Source of the DNA: Octopus bimaculoides | Taxonomy: Eukaryota | Length of the DNA: 37,220 nucleotides | NCBI RefSeq assembly: GCF_001194135.2 | Contig: NC_068982.1 | Location: forward strand, 160,960,566-160,997,785 | Direction of reading: 5' to 3' | Part shown: positions 35,272 to 37,220 of the stretch, piece after piece | How positions within the stretch are numbered: position 1 is the stretch's first letter | How the letters are laid out: each line of letters opens with the position of its first letter | Program-made: the position numbers and the translations under genes | The notes under the pieces: model-generated | The model's input: the letters and a program-made list of their open reading frames with translations, nothing else | Database searches by the model: none | What the model was told of the DNA's origin: nothing

Positions 35272-36400
35272 ATGGCTTCCAGCCAAAGCAAAGTCAACGC
35301 CCCCATTACCGAAGAATACGATAACCTGCTCTACGATTTGTACATCGAAATGTTCCCAACACTTCGCTATCCCGAACAGGAGGAGATGAACAACACAATT
35401 GACCAGGAAAAGACGACAGATGCCGCCAAGGACATCCTAATTTGCAACAACAACGTTCAACAAAATGTAAAGACCAAACGAAACCAAACCAACTATCAAC
35501 TATGAGACCATAAAAATTAACCCGAGAGACACTGACAAATATAAAAGCTTCTCAAAACGTAAAGAAAACAACGTAAACCTAACCCTGTCTGGTGATTTAA
35601 TGCAACAAACTCAAAAATAATCAAGCGTATGCCTAAAGAAAACATCGAAAATACTTGCAGTCTATATGGGGGCAATAGAAACATACGTAGCAAGAGGAAA
35701 AAATACAGCATTATGGAGTTAAGGTTCGCTTCCGAAGAAGAAGCAAAGGAGCACTTCATAGTTCCTTAGAAGACCAACGAATTAGTGCTGCTGCCCACTG
35801 ACATGGGTAGACGCACGTCTAAAACAAAAATTGGGGAGGTCCCGTCAGAAATTGACGTGGTGTGGCACGTGGCAGCCATTAAGCTCGATTTGGAAAGTAG
35901 CATTTCCATACTGCAGGTCATGAAAATACACCAACAAAACTGAAGGGGCCAATTACTGGAAATTATAATCCAGGCCACCCAACAGGATCTCGAATCATTA
36001 CCAGATTTAATCAAGTTACCAGATGGCACAGCCTTACGAGTCAGATTAGCCTTCAGAGCACTAGGTCGAAGCAAACAACACTAAAACCAGCCTAATACCA
36101 CCAACAGGCCCGCCCCGGACACCAAGACAAATAATGCTCACAGGGATAATGCTAACAACCAAAACACCACACCAACCAGCACCAACATCACCACAGAAAG
36201 TCAAAACGACTCCAAACAGACCAGGAATGGAAAGAAGTGGCAAAAAAAGAAGGAAAAGGAAAAACACTTTCCCGACCACCACCCCCGCCGCCGCCCCACA
36301 GACACACACCACACTACAAGCACACAACCCACGCACACACTTGCACCTCATACTCCGGAATCTGTCATTAACATCACAGCAATTAACACCAAGAATACAC
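35272..36400 (+). pseudogene. L1/Tx1-like LINE ORF1 relic with probable 5' UTR at about 35020-35271
   Basis: MASSQSK.. start with multiple stops. RRM-like MELRFASEEEAK, then VLLPTDMGRRTSKTKIGEVP, LEIIIQATQQDLESLPDLIKLPDG and a T/P/K-rich tail. No intact zinc knuckle seen. Confidence 0.6.
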
Positions 36401-36628
36401 ACTTAATAGAACACACGAACGAAAATCCCCGCATCACACATTTCAATGCACCCACCTTACACACACAAATTCCTGAACACATAAAACTAATAAAAATTGA
36501 CAGTCATTCATATATCAAACTAAAAGAAGAATTCCCTAATGAGTTCATTATTTAAGAGATGAGGAATTATGTACATTACTTACATTATTTACATTTGACG
36601 GATATTTGTCCTCATCTTGTTTGTTGTT

Positions 36629-36674
36629 AACACGACGTTTCGGCTGATATACCCTCCAGCCTTGATCAGGTGTC
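36629..36674 (-). ncRNA. Minimal type I hammerhead-ribozyme motif with G8C (probably inactive copy)
   Basis: Minus strand: GACAC-CUGAUCA-A-GGCUG GAGGGUAUAU CAGCC-GAAA-C GUC-GUGUU. 5-bp stem I (one G.U), 5-bp stem II, loopless ACGU palindromic stem III and a GUC triplet. Confidence 0.7.
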
Positions 36675-36723
36675 TTGGGGAAATTTCGAACCTGGATTCT
36701 CCTTCCTAAAGTATTTTTCGATG

Positions 36724-36726
<3 letters not shown>

Positions 36727-36777
<51 letters not shown>
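36727..36777. repeat. (TTA)17 microsatellite
   Basis: Read directly from the sequence. Confidence 0.95.
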
Positions 36778-36779
<2 letters not shown>

Positions 36780-36780
<1 letters not shown>

Positions 36781-36845
36781 GGCGTAGTGGTTATGAGCGC
36801 GGGCTACTAACGCCGAGTTCGGTTCCAAACAGTGACCTGAATAAT
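36780..36845 (+). mobile_element. tRNA-derived SINE head (Pol III A and B boxes)
   Basis: A-box TGGCGTAGTGG (36780), anticodon-loop-like CTACTAA and B-box-like GAGTTCGGTTCC (36815). No complete cloverleaf. Confidence 0.75.
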
Positions 36846-36847
36846 GA

Positions 36848-37220
36848 CCTGGAGATGTAAGAATTTCATGTGGCATTTTCCAGGGTGACTCACTATCACC
36901 ACTCCTCTTCTGTCTAGCCCTAATACCGCTCTCAAAATTGCTCAATGATGCACAGTATGGTTATAAAATATTTGATAAAAATATAAATCATCTCATTTAC
37001 ATGGATGATTTAAAGCTCTTTGCAAAAAATGACCAACAACTCAAAGGCCTACTAGCGATTGTTAAACAATTCAGTGATGACATCAGGATGCAATTTGGCC
37101 TTGATAAATGTGCAAAAGCTATCTTTATCAAAGGAAAAATGACAAATACATCTAATGTGAACCTTGACCAGCAAAATGTCATAAAAGAGTTAGAACCAGC
37201 GGAGAGCTACAAATACCTAG
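36848..37220 (+). mobile_element. R4/Dong-like LINE reverse transcriptase, 5'-truncated, open frame running off the window end
   Basis: About 124 codons with no stop: GDVRISCGIFQGDSLSPLLFCLALIPLSKLL..INHLIYMDDLKLFAKN..FSDDIRMQFGLDKCAK..YKYL. The GIFQGDSLSP and YMDDLKL motifs are typical of R4-clade RT. Confidence 0.92.

Noticed and set aside
36780-36845. Functional tRNA gene
   Set aside because: The anticodon stem is disrupted and there is no acceptor stem; it is better explained as a SINE head.

Overview
AT-rich, microsatellite-dense eukaryotic DNA from a gapped short-read scaffold. It has 12 N-runs totalling about 3.5 kb: 8804-9317, 10160-10578, 12834-12945, 16693-16862, 17885-18435, 19392-19897, 22709-23170, 30098-30165, 31367-31548, 32798-32998, 34110-34119, 34701-35004. 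The repeat families look like those I recall from octopus; this is inference, no search was run. I found no convincing host protein-coding exon, so the window is probably intergenic or intronic. Nearly all supplied ORFs are microsatellite or gap artefacts, or antisense shadows of decayed transposons. Manual translation shows a dense transposon graveyard: RTE LINEs (two), Penelope-like (two), an internally deleted Tc1/mariner with both TIRs, R4/Dong-like RLE LINE pieces (including a stop-free YMDD RT running off the right end), a HERO-like RLE LINE, a CR1/L2 RT, two L1/Tx1-like ORF1 relics, a probable non-autonomous Helitron and several tRNA-derived SINE families. The most interesting signal is non-coding: three complete or near-complete minimal type I hammerhead-ribozyme folds in unrelated repeats (32593-32634, 33175-33217, 36629-36674, all minus strand), plus two decayed ones. 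Two of the three carry the compensated U3-A8 core. One abuts a 79-bp-arm hairpin and one sits beside a tRNA-derived SINE head. All coordinates and folds were derived by eye.
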